64,000 nt of DNA. Origin: Macrostomum lignano. Lineage: Eukaryota. A program made the position numbers and the translations under genes. Positions 13,165 through 26,159 of this stretch are shown piece by piece. The notes beneath the pieces were generated by a model. It did not search any database and was not told the origin of the DNA. It worked only from the letters and a program-made list of their open reading frames with translations. The stretch is taken from the NCBI GenBank assembly GCA_002269645.1, contig NIVC01000350.1, positions 248,001 through 312,000 of the forward strand, in the 5' to 3' direction. Position 1 is the stretch's first letter. Each line of letters begins with the position of its first letter.

Positions 13165-13590
13165 CACTACCGATCGTAGTTATTGAGGGAATTCTCCACA
13201 CTAGCGATCGTAGCTTATTGAGGGAATTCCCCACACTAGCGATTGTAGCTTATTGAGGGAATTCCCCACACTAGCGATTGTAGCTTATTGAGGGAATTCC
13301 CCACACTAGCGATTGTAGCTTATTGAGGGAATTCCCCACACTAGCGATTGTAGCTTATTGAGGGAATTCTCCACACTAGCGATTGTAGCTTATTGAGGGA
13401 ATTCTCCACATTAGCGATTGTAGCTTATTGAGGGAATTCCCCACACTAGCGATTGTAGTTAATTGAGGGAATTCTCCACACTAGCGATTGTAGTTAATTG
13501 AGGGAATTCCCCACACTAGCGATTGTAGTTAATTGAGGGAATTCTCCACACTAGCGATTTTAGCTTACTGAGGGAATTCCCCACATAAGT
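13165..13590. repeat. 35-bp minisatellite (GTAGCTTATTGAGGGAATTCCCCACACTAGCGATT), ~12 copies
   Basis: Visible tandem array. Confidence 0.95.
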
Positions 13591-13952
13591 TATCGTAGTT
13601 AATGATTAAATTTATTATGGATAATAGTTTTGGCAATAGAAGTAATTCCTCTTTGTAGCGATAACAATTTTAAGGACTTAAAACTGAAGGTAAAAAATTG
13701 CAACAATTGCAACAGACTAAAAAACACGAAAAGCCGGTCCGTTTCGGCATTTATCCATAGAGAGATCGACGAACTAGATAACTGTTACAAAATCAGAAGC
13801 TGCTCAATCAAAATTTAAGCACAGTAAAACTATAGCACACGAACATTGCCTTGCAGTGACACCTGTTTAGTCCATTTTCTTGCCTGATTGCCAGCGATTG
13901 CGACTGCAGGCAATTGTCGCGGAACCAAAGTAAGAAGAGACAGACGCCTCAG

Positions 13953-16900
13953 TCAGACTGGCAGGGATGGCCGGCTGCCGCCGCGCCGCCTCTCGTTAGT
14001 CGGGAAGCCGCAGTAAGACAGCGAGCTGACGCCCATGCTGGGATAGCCGCCGCTAACTAGAGCTCCGCCTTGCTGCACCCTGGCTGGATCGGACGATTCG
14101 TAGAGCAGATTGCCGCTGCCGCTGCTGACGCCGCCGACGCCGGCGACTCCGCCAAGTCCTCCAGACGACCAGCCAATTAGCGTTGACTCTGGGCGACGCG
14201 GGGAAGTCGCCGTGTTGGAGTAGGCCGAGTACCGGTCCACCGAAGATGAGCAATCGCGAATCTCCTCGTAGACAGGCGTTGCCGCGGCGGCGGCGGCAGC
14301 AGCAGCCGCCTGTTGTTGCTGCTGCTTCTGCTGTTGCAGCAGCAGACTCGACGAAGAATTATTAGCCGGCACGCCGATGAAGCTGCGGCTCTGCGACAGG
14401 GAGAACTGGGCAAACGGGCGGCCGTCTGGCAGCGGGTCGCAGGCCAGCTTCCCCATGCCGCCGAGGCCGCCGCCGCCTCCACCGCCGCCGCCGCCGTGAA
14501 CGTCAATGTCGCCGCCGGCGCCCAAGTCGCGACCGACAGCGGCCCGCTCCTCGGCGTCCTCGTAGGTGATGGCGCCGATCTGCACGTTGGGGATTCAAAA
14601 TGAGGACTTTGTACGGAATATTGTTGTCTGGATTCTGACAATGGAAGCAGCACAAGAGCTGGATTCTGACAATGGAAGCAGCACAAGAGCTGGATTCTGA
14701 CAATGGAAGCAGCACAAGAGCTGGATTCTGACAATGGAAGCAGCACAAGAGCTGGATTCTGACAATGGAAGCAGCACAAGAGCTGGATTCTGACAATGGA
14801 AACAGCACAAGAGCTGGATTCTGACAATGGAAGCAGCACAAGAGCTGGATTCTGACAATGGAAGCAGCACAAGAGCTGGATTCTGACAATGGAAGCAGCA
14901 CAAGAGCTGGATTCTGACAATGGAAGCAGCACAAGAGCTGGATTCTGACAATGGAAACAGCACAAGAGCTGGATTCTGACAATGGAAGCAGCACAAGAGC
15001 TGGATTCTGACAATGGAAGCAGCACAAGAGCTGGATTCTGACAATGGAAACAGCACAAGAGCTGGATTCTGACAATGGAAGCAGCACAAGAGCTGGATTC
15101 TGACAATGGAAGCAGCACAAGAGCTGGATTCTGACAATGGAAGCAGCACAAGAGCTGGATTCTGACAATGGAAGCAGCACAAGAGCTGGATTCTGACAAT
15201 GGAAACAGCACAAGAGCTGGATTCTGACAATGGAAGCAGCACAAGAGCTGGATTCTGACAATGGAAGCAGCACAAGAGCTGGATTCTGACAATGGAAGCA
15301 GCACAAGAGCTGGATTCTGAGAATGGAAGCAGCACAAGAGCTGGATTCTGACAATGGAAGCAGCACAAGAGCTGGATTCTGACAATGGAAGCAGCACAAG
15401 AGCTGGATTCTGACAATGGAAGCAGCACAAGAGCTGGATTCTGACAATGGAAGCAGCACAAGAGCTGGATTCTGACAATGGAAACAGCACAAGAGCTGGA
15501 TTCTGACAATGGAAACAGCACAAGAGCTGGATTCTGACAATGGAAGCAGCACAAGAGCTGGATTCTGACAATGGAAGCAGCACAAGAGCTGGATTCTGAC
15601 AATGGAAGCAGCACAAGAGCTGGATTCTGACAATGGAAGCAGCACAAGAGCTGGATTCTGACAATGGAAGCAGCACAAGAGCTGGATTCTGACAATGGAA
15701 GCAGCACAAGAGCTGGATTCTGACAATGGAAGCAGCACAAGAGCTGGATTCTGACAATGGAAGCAGCACAAGAGCTGGATTCTGACAATGGAAGCAGCAC
15801 AAGAGCTGGATTCTGACAATGGAAGCAGCACAAGAGCTGGATTCTGACAATGGAAGCAGCACAAGAGCTGGATTCTGACAATGGAAGCAGCACAAGAGCT
15901 GGATTCTGACAATGGAAGCAGCACAAGAGCTGGATTCTGACAATGGAAGCAGCACAAGAGCTGGATTCTGACAATGGAAGCAGCACAAGAGCTGGATTCT
16001 GACAATGGAAGCAGCACAAGAGCTGGATTCTGACAATGGAAACAGCACAAGAGCTGGATTCTGACAATGGAAGCAGCACAAGAGCTGGATTCTGACAATG
16101 GAAGCAGCACAAGAGCTGGATTCTGACAATGGAAACAGCACAAGAGCTGGATTCTGACAATGGAAGCAGCACAAGAGCTGGATTCTGACAATGGAAACAG
16201 CACAAGAGCTGGATTCTGACAATGGAAGCAGCACAAGAGCTGGATTCTGAAAATGGAAGCAGCACAAGAGCTGGATTCTGACAATGGAAGCAGCACAAGA
16301 GCTGGATTCTGACAATGGAAGCAGCACAAGAGCTGGATTCTGACAATGGAAACAGCACAAGAGCTGGATTCTGACAATGGAAACAGCACAAGAGCTGGAT
16401 TCTGACAATGGAAGCAGCACAAGAGCTGGATTCTGACAATGGAAGCAGCACAAGAGCTGGATTCTGACAATGGAAGCAGCACAAGAGCTGGATTCTGACA
16501 ATGGAAGCAGCACAAGAGCTGGATTCTGAGAATGGAAGCAGCCAAAAAAGATGTCATTAATTGTAAATTATACATTTTCGGTAATTCATATTTCATTAGA
16601 AGTATCTACCTCATATAAAATCGGTTAATGGGATTTCAAGATTCCAGAACTGTTAATGTGAAAGCGACTCAACTTATAAACATGGTAGAGTAGGGTAGAG
16701 ATGTTGGTGTGTTAACGAAGTTGCTCGTCCTAATTACTTGTAAGACTTGTTAGAAAACACCTGACTTATTCTAGCTACCAAGTATAATACTAATTAATTT
16801 CTTATCTAATAGTAATAAAACTTGCATAAAAATACTCGCATTCTTACTAAAAGTAGTACAGATAGAGTTTGACAAGCTTTTGTGAAGTACGGCGTGAGCA

Positions 16901-19900
16901 ACAATTTTAGGGAGAACTTTAGGGATTAAAACAGATAATTCACCCACTGACTGAAGCATATTATTGCAAAGAAACGATATTTGCTCGCTAGAGAAACATA
17001 CGCTTGTACAACAAGAAATTTATTCCACACAATGGTACAATAATAGCTGCAGGTGTAGTGTACCTGCCACCACCTAGTTTATTACTCTGGAGACGAAATT
17101 ACTACAATAATATAGTTGTTGAGCAGTCTACCTCAGCCAGAGAGCACAGGGCAGGGGTTTCAGATGCGAACGTACCAAACAAGCATCATATATATTTGCA
17201 TAGACGAAGACACTCCTCTGACATGAAACAAGCAATTAGATGAAGCCTGAGAACGCTTTAATGACTTACAGATTCCCACACTCCAGAAGCCCTTCCAGCA
17301 GTGGAATATTCTAATCACTCATACAGTTTATACATGCTTTGATAAGATTAAAAAACTTCAAATCCAATATTAATTTTCCTGCATAGCAAGTCGAAATGTT
17401 TAGGGCTTCTATATTTTACTTAGCAGCTGACGCCTGGTTACGCAATACCAGCGCATGGTTTGAATGACAAGGGGATTGCGCAATCCCGCCAGAGGTACTC
17501 GTTTTAACAAGAATGCTGCTAACATGGCGAAATGCGCAGGTTTGAAGAGGCTGCGCGTCTTCATCGGCACCGCCTGCCCCAATTAGCGGCTACCTTCAGA
17601 TGGGAAACACGCGGCGAAAAGGATTATAATTATTTTTTATTCTAGTTTTTATTATAACAATTATAACTCTTACATTTTTAATTAATTTGCAGCTTAATAA
17701 AATTTGAAAACTTTGGAAAAGCTTTGACTTTGGCAGATTGACAGATGACAAAGCAACTGAGGATCCGGGAGTCTGGAGGCTAGCAGTGCCCCAGCAACAG
17801 GATCTGGGAGGCTGCCCCACCAACTGAGGATCTGGGAGGCTGCCCCACCAACTGAGGATCTGGGAGGCTGCCCCACCAACTGAGGATCTGGGAGGCTGCC
17901 CCACCAACTGAGGATCTGGGAGGCTGCCCCACCAACTGAGGATCTGGGAGGCTGCCCCACCAACTGAGGATCTGGGAGGCTGCCCCACCAACTGAGGATC
18001 TGGGAGGCTGCCCCACCTACTGAAGATCTGGGAGGCTGGCGGTGGCGGCACAAGCCTGAAGTAACAGGTAGCTCAGCCTGAAGGAACCCGAGGATAATTG
18101 CGGATAGCTCAGCCTGAAGAATCCCAGTCATGACAGAAACCAGCTTGGCGTATCTCACCTGCGAAGTCTTCAGATCGTAGGGGAAGCAGGGATTGCCAAT
18201 GGCGGGCCAGGCCAGCAGCAGGAAGGCCAGCTGGGCGATGAACATGAGGCACAGATCGATGCCGGACGCCACTCTGGCCCGCATGAAGGCCGGCACCCAG
18301 GCGGCGCAGACGGCGGCTCCGGCAGGCAGGCAGAGCTGCCAGACGGTGTACACGGCCAGCAGCGGGCCGTAGAACGATCGCTTAGCCCGGTGCCTGGCCA
18401 AGGTGCGACCGGCGCAAGCGGCGAAGGCCAGACAGGCGGCCAGCTGCAATCCGATGAGGCAGTAGCCTGGGAGGCTGGACCAGCGCCAATAGACCAGGCC
18501 GGGATCGGCTGAGGCGGCCTCAACAGCGAATAGGGCGGTGTAGCCGGCGGTGAGGGCGGTCAGCAGGGCGGAGATGAGGGCGGTGGCCCAGGCGGGCAGG
18601 CGGCCGCAGGTGACGGAGTAGCCAAGGCCGAGCAGCAGCACCAGCAGTTGCTGGGCGAGGGTGCCGCCCGACTGCAGTGCAGCGGCTGTTTGAGAATGGA
18701 GAAATCAATTTTTTGTTTACAAATCTTTATTATTATAGGAAAATTGTTAAAGCTCGATGCTAACCACGGCCAAGTCAGCTTAACTTGCAGTCATAGCGAT
18801 AAATAACCTTCGGCTATCGCAATTATGCCTGTACAGAACCTGTTCAGCTTGCAAATTGCAGGCAAAAACACACAGAATAAAAAGTTTTGAAGCATCAAAG
18901 GATTGCAAGGGCAGAAGCAGGGCGGGACCAGCTGCCTTTAACTAACAGGCTTCTGCGCCTGATTAAACACTGCCTGCTGAAAGGTGTGGGCAGTCAAGGG
19001 AACCCAGTCCCATTAAATCAGGACATCACAGACTTTGTCAACTGAAGCAATTAGCGGCTTTAGGAATAGAAAAACAACAAAGTCTGAAAGCTACTTACAC
19101 AAGTAGTATAATTCGACAGATTTATAACCGGTCGATCCGTAGCTCAAATAGGTGATACAGCAAAATAAGGTTGACAATAGGGTCAAGCTGAGCGATAGCA
19201 GATAGAGTTTGTAGGTTCTGTGCAACAGCTGCTTGCGGCGTAGGCGGACTGCGGAATGTTGGTGGGGAATTGCTCAATTCAATGCGCAATGATGAAATAA
19301 GCGGTATCTGATTTCACTTAACTTCAGCCGATCTTTATTTTTCTGAGAGTTGTAAAATGCAATACATTGATATGAAGAAAATCATGAAAATAGGACCTGA
19401 CAATAAGTCTCTGAAACATCACGGGAATGTAGTGACTCAATAAGTCTCTGAGACATCACGGGAATGTAGTGACTCAATAAGTCTTTAAAACATCACGGGA
19501 ATATAGTGACTCAATAAGTCTTTAAAACATCACGGGAATATAGTGACTCAATAAGTCTTTAAAACATCACGGGAATATAGTGACTCAATAAGTCTTTAAA
19601 ACATCACGGGAATATAGTGACTAAATAAGTCTCTGAAATGTCACGGGAATATAGTGACTCAATAAGTCTTTAAAACATCACGGGAATATAGTGACTCAAT
19701 AAGTCTCTAAAATGTCACGGGAATATAGTGACTCAATAAGTCTTTAAAACATCACGGGAATATAGTGACTCAATAAGTCTCTGAAATGTCACGGGAATAT
19801 AGTGACTCAATAAGTCTTTAAAACATCACGGGAATATAGTGACTCAATAAGTCTCTGAAATGTCACGGGAATATAGTGACTCAATAAGTCTTTAAAACAT

Positions 19901-22900
19901 CACGGGAATATAGTGACTCAATAAGTCTCTGAAATGTCACGGGAATATAGTGACTCAATAAGTCTTTAAAACATCACGGGAATATAGTGACTAAATAAGT
20001 CTCTGAAATGTCACGGGAATATAGTGACTCAATAAGTCTTTAAAACATCACGGGAATATAGTGACTCAATAAGTCTCTGAAACTTGGACCACATTTTTTT
20101 TTCAAGTTAGATGCCAATTAGTTTAAGTTTGAGTAGAGATGTTGGTTTTATTTTTCTTGTTGAAATGTTTCACTGATGCCAAATGGCACTGCGCTTCAAG
20201 ATTTATTAATGCTCTAAATCTAAAGCATCCAAGAGAAAAATAAACGAACCCGGGACTTACCCGCAACAAGCGCAGCTAGAATCAGCAGCACCAGTTGCAA
20301 CACAAAGAATGCTATGTTGAATTCGAGAATGTCTGCAAAGTGAAATGAGAAAAAAAGTTCCAAGCCTAGGTCACTATTTGCAAAATATAGCACTCATAGT
20401 CATGCTAAATAAATAAAAAACACGTACAAATCTCGTCCGCAGAGAAGTGCTCCCTAAATATGTTGCCGATCTCTCCATTTCGCATCCACATCTCGTATTC
20501 AATTAGCAAGCCCTGGAATTGAACATTTATCAATTTTTTCACATCTATGAGTGCCAGCCCCCCAAGGCACAGAGTGTGTACGAGTGCGCGCCTGCATACA
20601 GTAGTGGAGCGCTTGTATGTGCCCAGGTGTCAGCACTGGTTGTGGGACGATGTCGCCTAAGGCGTTGCGACAGGGTGGCCCACAGGCCTGCTAATATCGA
20701 TTTATTATAGAAATGACTTACATTCCGAGTGTTGCAGTTAGATATGACAATGTACCACCAGCGTGGTCGGGCAGAATTAAAGCTGAATTTCTGCGAATTG
20801 CACTGCAGTTGCGACCCGTTGCGAACAGTTTTGCAATCCAATCCGGGTATGTCATTATTGCCTGGTCGCAGTCGGAACAGTTGAAGGTCGCTGGGAGTTA
20901 GCTTGCTCTCCTTTTCGGTGCAAGTCTGGCAAGGAAACCAATTTGGGGGGGGGGATGGATTTTGTGAACATCTGGTTACCTGATATAAAATTCTTCCCTG
21001 GATAAATACCATAAACCATAAATCAGCTCACCAAGTCAGTTTTATAAACACTCTCCCAGAAATTGCGCTTATCCCAATAAAGCAGCATGTTTTGTGTCAG
21101 GTACGGCTGGAAATCAAATATACGCGCCAAGTTGACATTTAATTTAGAACAGCAGAAAAACGAATGCAATTTTCAAAAACTGATGCACATTCTCAGATTT
21201 TACTCACCACTGGGTATTTCATGTTGAATTGCAGAGAGCCGCTACTTGGCGAGAAGCAAAACTTGGTTAGGAATTGCCAGTCCTAAAAGGTAATTGAGTT
21301 TCGAAATTTTCATTGTCCCATGCAGTCAAAGTTTTATAAATGCATTATGCACAATGTGGTTTATAGGCCATTCTAGAGGTGGCTTATGGGTGATTCTAGA
21401 GGTGGTTTATGGGCGATTCTAGAGGTGGCTTATGGGCAATTATAGAGGCTGTTTATAGGCGATTCTACAGGTGGTTTATGGGCGACTCTAAAGATGGTTT
21501 GTAGGCGATTCTAGAGGTGGTTATGGGCGATTCTTGAGATGTTTATGGGCGATTCTTGAGATGGTTTATGGGCGATTCTAGAGGTGGTTTATGGGCGATT
21601 ATAGAGATGGTTTATGGGCGATTCTAGAGGTGGCTTTTGGGCGATTTTAGTGGCTTATGGGCGATTCTAGAGATGGTTTATGGACATTCTTAGGCACTAG
21701 GTTTATAGACTTGATTTTTCTATTAGGTTAAGGTTTTGAGTTATCAAACATAAAACATTTTGCCAAAAGCAAACAAATGGCTAGGCCTATGTTCTATCCT
21801 TGTCAATGCATAACCTTATTTAAATTGCCAAGTTACAAATGCATGATAGAAGTTGTCATGCCTTAAGCTATATAATGAAATTCTAGAAAAAGTTTAATCT
21901 TTATTCTAACAACAATAACATAAGTGAAAAATAGACAAGAAAAATATAATGAGTTGTAAACTAAGCAAAAAGCAGGTTTGAGATAGTCCAAGAAAAACAT
22001 AAAATGGCTAAAGCCAAGCAAGATAGGCCTTATTTTATATTTGATTTTGCAATATATACTAACAATTGTATTTTAAGCATAATTAAGCATATATTAGTGC
22101 ATATATACAAAAGAATGAAAATGATGATATTTATAGTTTTTTCACTATTGTTAATATTACATTGTATTTTATTGACAACATCAAACAATGGATATTTACT
22201 TTGTGTGTTATTAATCAAGGGAACTATAACTGTTACCAATATTGCTAAAACTAATATATAAGGTCTTAAAATATTAGACTTATTATATTATATGTCAGTT
22301 ATATCACATACTAGTTAATGAAGACAAAGTCTTTTCGCCCCAGTGAGCTTTGGGGTTGGAATTTTATAATACCTAGTGTTGTATCGATTATTTAAAGACT
22401 TATTAACGCTGATGCTCCTAATATTTTGCGTCGTGTCATACATAAAGTTAGCCTAATAGATAAAGTAGGGCGAGAGTTGTAAAATGTCTCTAACGTCAAA
22501 TGATTTATAGGAAGGGAATTAGGGATGTCGATTCCCCAGGGAATTATCTTATCGGGGACCCCGGTGAAAAGAAAAAATAAGTAAAAACGGCGGATCACTT
22601 AGATTGTAAGTGGAATTTTTTAAACTTTGATTTAAGCTTTGTACTACATGTTCAAGGCGCAGGGGTAAAAATTTTAAACAATGTTTTTTTAAACTGTATT
22701 TGACAATGTGGCATCACGAAATCGTGCGCGCACCTTTATCGAAAAAGTGCATTTGTTGGAATGCATGCTAAACAGCTACGCTCGTGAGAGGATAATTAAT
22801 GAATGAGACTGTTTTTATAATCGGAATTTTATTTCTTGCATATATATGTAAATCACCATTTTGTCCTTGTCTAATAGGGAGTATATGTATGACACCCCCC

Positions 22901-25900
22901 TATGCGTCAGTGCCTGACACATGACGCAGCGCTGCGCCTGCGTCAAGCCGTCAACGCAGACCAACACAGCAGTCACTAGTCAGTAAGGCTTCTTTTTCCT
23001 GATGGGTTTCTTTTCTACGTGCAATTTGCTTGATTGAATGACTTATTAGTGAAAAAACAATCAAACGTGTGTTGTGTTTCAAATACATGTAATGCATTGA
23101 AATAAGCAATTATGCGGTAAAAGAGCATAGACAGAGTTTCAATCAGCTTTCTGTGAATCAGTTTCTTATTTTAATGGCAAAAATTAAGTTACAAATGCAT
23201 TTTTTCATATTTTTTCTCCCCAGGGTCCCCGGTTAAATTCCCCGGAGAGTATTCCCCGACAAGCTCCCCGGGGAGCACTCCCGGGGTCAACATCCCTAGA
23301 AGGGAAACTACGAGCATAAGTTCTGCAACACAAATACAAGTAGCTAAGCATTTATTTGACGCACTGCACGGATAAAATGTAATGGAATTGCTCAAATCAC
23401 CGACACCAAGACCCATAAAACTGGAGAAACTGGCAGGATATAGTAGATACATGTAGGTCAAAATCAGAAGTGATCATGGGTGGGTGGGTCAAGTGATCAT
23501 GGGTTCGACCTCGATTGTATTATTCCTTCTTAATCTTATGCAATTAATTGTAAATTTGGTATGAAGTAACAGTAATTATCCTTGACCATGCTAGAGTAAA
23601 GACAAGTCAAAGTCAAGTTAATAAAAATAGACACACAGTGTAACAATAACAATGGTTTTTAGAGCCATTTTTCTTGTCTGTGTTTGTCTTTGTACATACA
23701 TGTACATTTGGGAAGACTTATCTGGACCCAATCCCTTCTTATTCTACATGTACGCTGTTTTGGGTATGGGGGTTAGAGTTGGGCCGTCTGACACCCCCCT
23801 CCCCCCCCTACCATAGTGGACTGGAGAGAAAGAAGCACATGCTATCGCTATTGGCTAGCCTGTTGTTCTCTTTCTCTTTACCTTCTGTCTTGTGTAGCGT
23901 ACACTATCCAATGCACAAGGCCCAACTTTCCACTAAAGGAAGGTTCATATAGTCCGCCCATGGGCTTCCTCTTGCTTTCGCGTACACTCAAGGCCACTCA
24001 CTCTCAACACCAGCCACTAGAGGCTTGTTTTAAATAATCGATCAATAATATTAAATGTACACTTGAAAGCTTGCTTTGGATCCTAGCAGAAGGGGGAGAA
24101 AGTGGCCAAGGCCACCACACCCCACAAGGCAGGCAGGCCGGCCCGAGTGCGATAACGAATGACAAAAAAATAGAAAAGTACAATTTACACATCAACTTTC
24201 AATACAATAAATACAATAATAGGTACGGTATTAATGACAGTGTATTTTCGCACAAAGTAGCTACGTTCAAACCACCAGCACGTAAACAGCTAAAATTTCA
24301 CTGTTTATGAAATTTTATAAAATTTAACACATCATTTTAGATATTGAAAACTTTTAAAGGAGGGTATTACTGTTGCATGTGACTATAAAATCGTGGTAGG
24401 TATAGCTGATGATGAAACTGGTGATTGGTATCTAGCTTTTTTGATAACTTAGCCGGTTAGACCCCGAAATAGCTATTGTAATTTGTAACGCTGGAGCCAA
24501 ATACAAATACAATGGAGCAATTAGTTTCTCTCAAATCTGTCTCTGCCAGTGCCAGTTTAGTCCATAGTAAGTAACCAAAGTAAAATACCCATTAGTGGTC
24601 CCGTTTCTAATGTTTATAAATATTAAGCTTCAGTTTACTTTTGGCACAGTATGCAATTTTGAAAATTCACCCTAATAACGGTTTGCACCAGCAGGAAAGC
24701 AACTATTTTGTTGTTGGAAATCGGATTAAGCAGTTAAAAGAGTGTATTTCTATGAAAAAATGTACTTTTTTTTCCATTTTTTCAAATATTTAAACAGGTT
24801 TCGCTCTTTCAATAAAAAAATCATCGCAGTACCTTAAAGTATAGTTAGTTTGGAATTAAATGACGGCGTTGAATTGTTTCTTCCATATTACAAAAATTAT
24901 AATGAGCACTTTTCCTCAAATCAGTTTGAGATCATGATTTTTAGTCTTTCGTCGATAACTTTCTGATTTCAAATGTTTAAGAATTGAAAACTTCCACACT
25001 TGTGTATCTTTGAATTGCGCATCAATTGGTGCATAGTATGTATGCTTAACTATTAGCAGTATGGAAAAAAATGCAAAAAAACTGTAAAAGTACATTTTCA
25101 ATTTTTGCATTTTTTGCAACCAAAGTGCCAACTTTTTGATACAATTGAAAAAAACAACCCAATAATGTTATGCATCTTAGTAAGGCGCACCTATAACCCT
25201 CGAACATTTTTAGCTCGAGTTTTAATGTGCATGAGGAAATGCACTTTTGTAAAGACATAATCTTAAGACAAACATTTCAACTGAAGCCTGTTCCTTTTCT
25301 CCGCAGTGAATCCATACAAAACTATACTCGTTAAATAGATCAGATTCTTCTCTTTAAAATGACACCTCACTTGTGAAATTTGCACTTGTAGTTTTGAAGT
25401 TACAGCAGTTTTTGTGAGATTTTTCTTGTCATTTTTTCGATGCACACGTCTCATATTATTATATTCGTCATAAGCCAGACCACCCAATGCGCTTCGCGCA
25501 TTGGCTGGCTGTTTGTTCCTCATGCTCGGCACTTTGTGCCTCGCGCGTTCGCTCCGCTCACCCCACAACCCCAAGGACACGCGCGTGTCCTTCGCGCGTG
25601 TCCTTGGGTTTGTGGGTTTTGCGGAGCTCACTGGGAACTAGCTATAAATAATAAGTTTAGGTAAGGTCAGTAGAAATCTTTTTATTAATTATCTTTTATT
25701 ATTAAGCTAGTAAAAGCCAAGCTGCATAAAAAACAATGAATTAGTAAAAGAATTATTAAATTTATAAGTCTATAGCTACAAATTATAGTTTTTTTTAATG
25801 ACAAGCAAAAGTTATTTTGGTGAAAAGATCAGAACCTTTTTAGTGATAGTCATTTTGGTAGCAAGTAGATTTGGTTTATCTTGTTTGGTGACAAGATAAA

Positions 25901-26159
25901 ATGACCTATGTTAGATGTTTCAAATAAAAAAGAAAAACCAAATATAAAACTTAAAATTTTTTATCTAAAAAACTATATTTTAAAACAATAAGTAGAACCA
26001 CCCTAAAAGCTATTGAGCATTAATTTATCATAGCCATAGCAATAGCTAAAAAATACTTACACTGTCTGATTTCAGAATTCCACTGATATATTTGCCTTCT
26101 GTTCTAAACATGAGAAAACAGGAGACATAGATAACTAAGATAATTAGATGGAAACGCAT
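13953..26159 (-). CDS. TMEM145: TMEM145/GPR180-family GOLD-domain 7TM protein, ~637 aa; exons 26061-26159, 21208-21282, 21032-21106, 20722-20925, 20428-20512, 20261-20332, 19099-19248, 18159-18685, 13953-14579
   Basis: Signal peptide then EGKYISG|DWQFLTKFCF, QNMLLYWD, TCTEKES, SARPRWWYIVISNC, EHFSADE, KQLLHRTYK, LLLLGLGYSVT, FPYDLKTSQ|I, which align in order with remembered TMEM145 motifs. All GT-AG junctions are phase-consistent. Confidence 0.88.
14628..16541. repeat. Highly homogeneous 31-bp minisatellite (CTGGATTCTGACAATGGAAGCAGCACAAGAG), ~62 copies, in the last TMEM145 intron
   Basis: Visible array; source of the three long spurious minus-strand ORFs. Confidence 0.98.
17797..18037. repeat. 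28-bp minisatellite (GGATCTGGGAGGCTGCCCCACCAACTGA), ~8 copies
   Basis: Visible tandem array in a TMEM145 intron. Confidence 0.95.
19403..20083. repeat. 37-bp minisatellite (AATAAGTCTTTAAAACATCACGGGAATATAGTGACTC), ~18 copies
   Basis: Visible array with two alternating variants, in a TMEM145 intron. Confidence 0.95.
21362..21690. repeat. Degenerate ~23-bp minisatellite (ATGGGCGATTCTAGAGGTGGTTT)
   Basis: Visible array in TMEM145 intron 1. Confidence 0.9.

Noticed and set aside
14177-16596. Three long minus-strand ORFs (629-778 aa) with 31-aa periodicity
   Set aside because: Read-through of a 31-bp minisatellite that lacks stop codons on that strand; it lies in a TMEM145 intron and is open in all three frames, which argues against coding.
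17269-17311. Possible extra TMEM145 exon with a good donor
   Set aside because: About 41 nt would shift the frame; exon 8 joins the last exon in frame without it.
22520-23300. Weak inverted similarity between 22520-22580 and 23205-23300
   Set aside because: Too gapped to define TIRs or a TSD.
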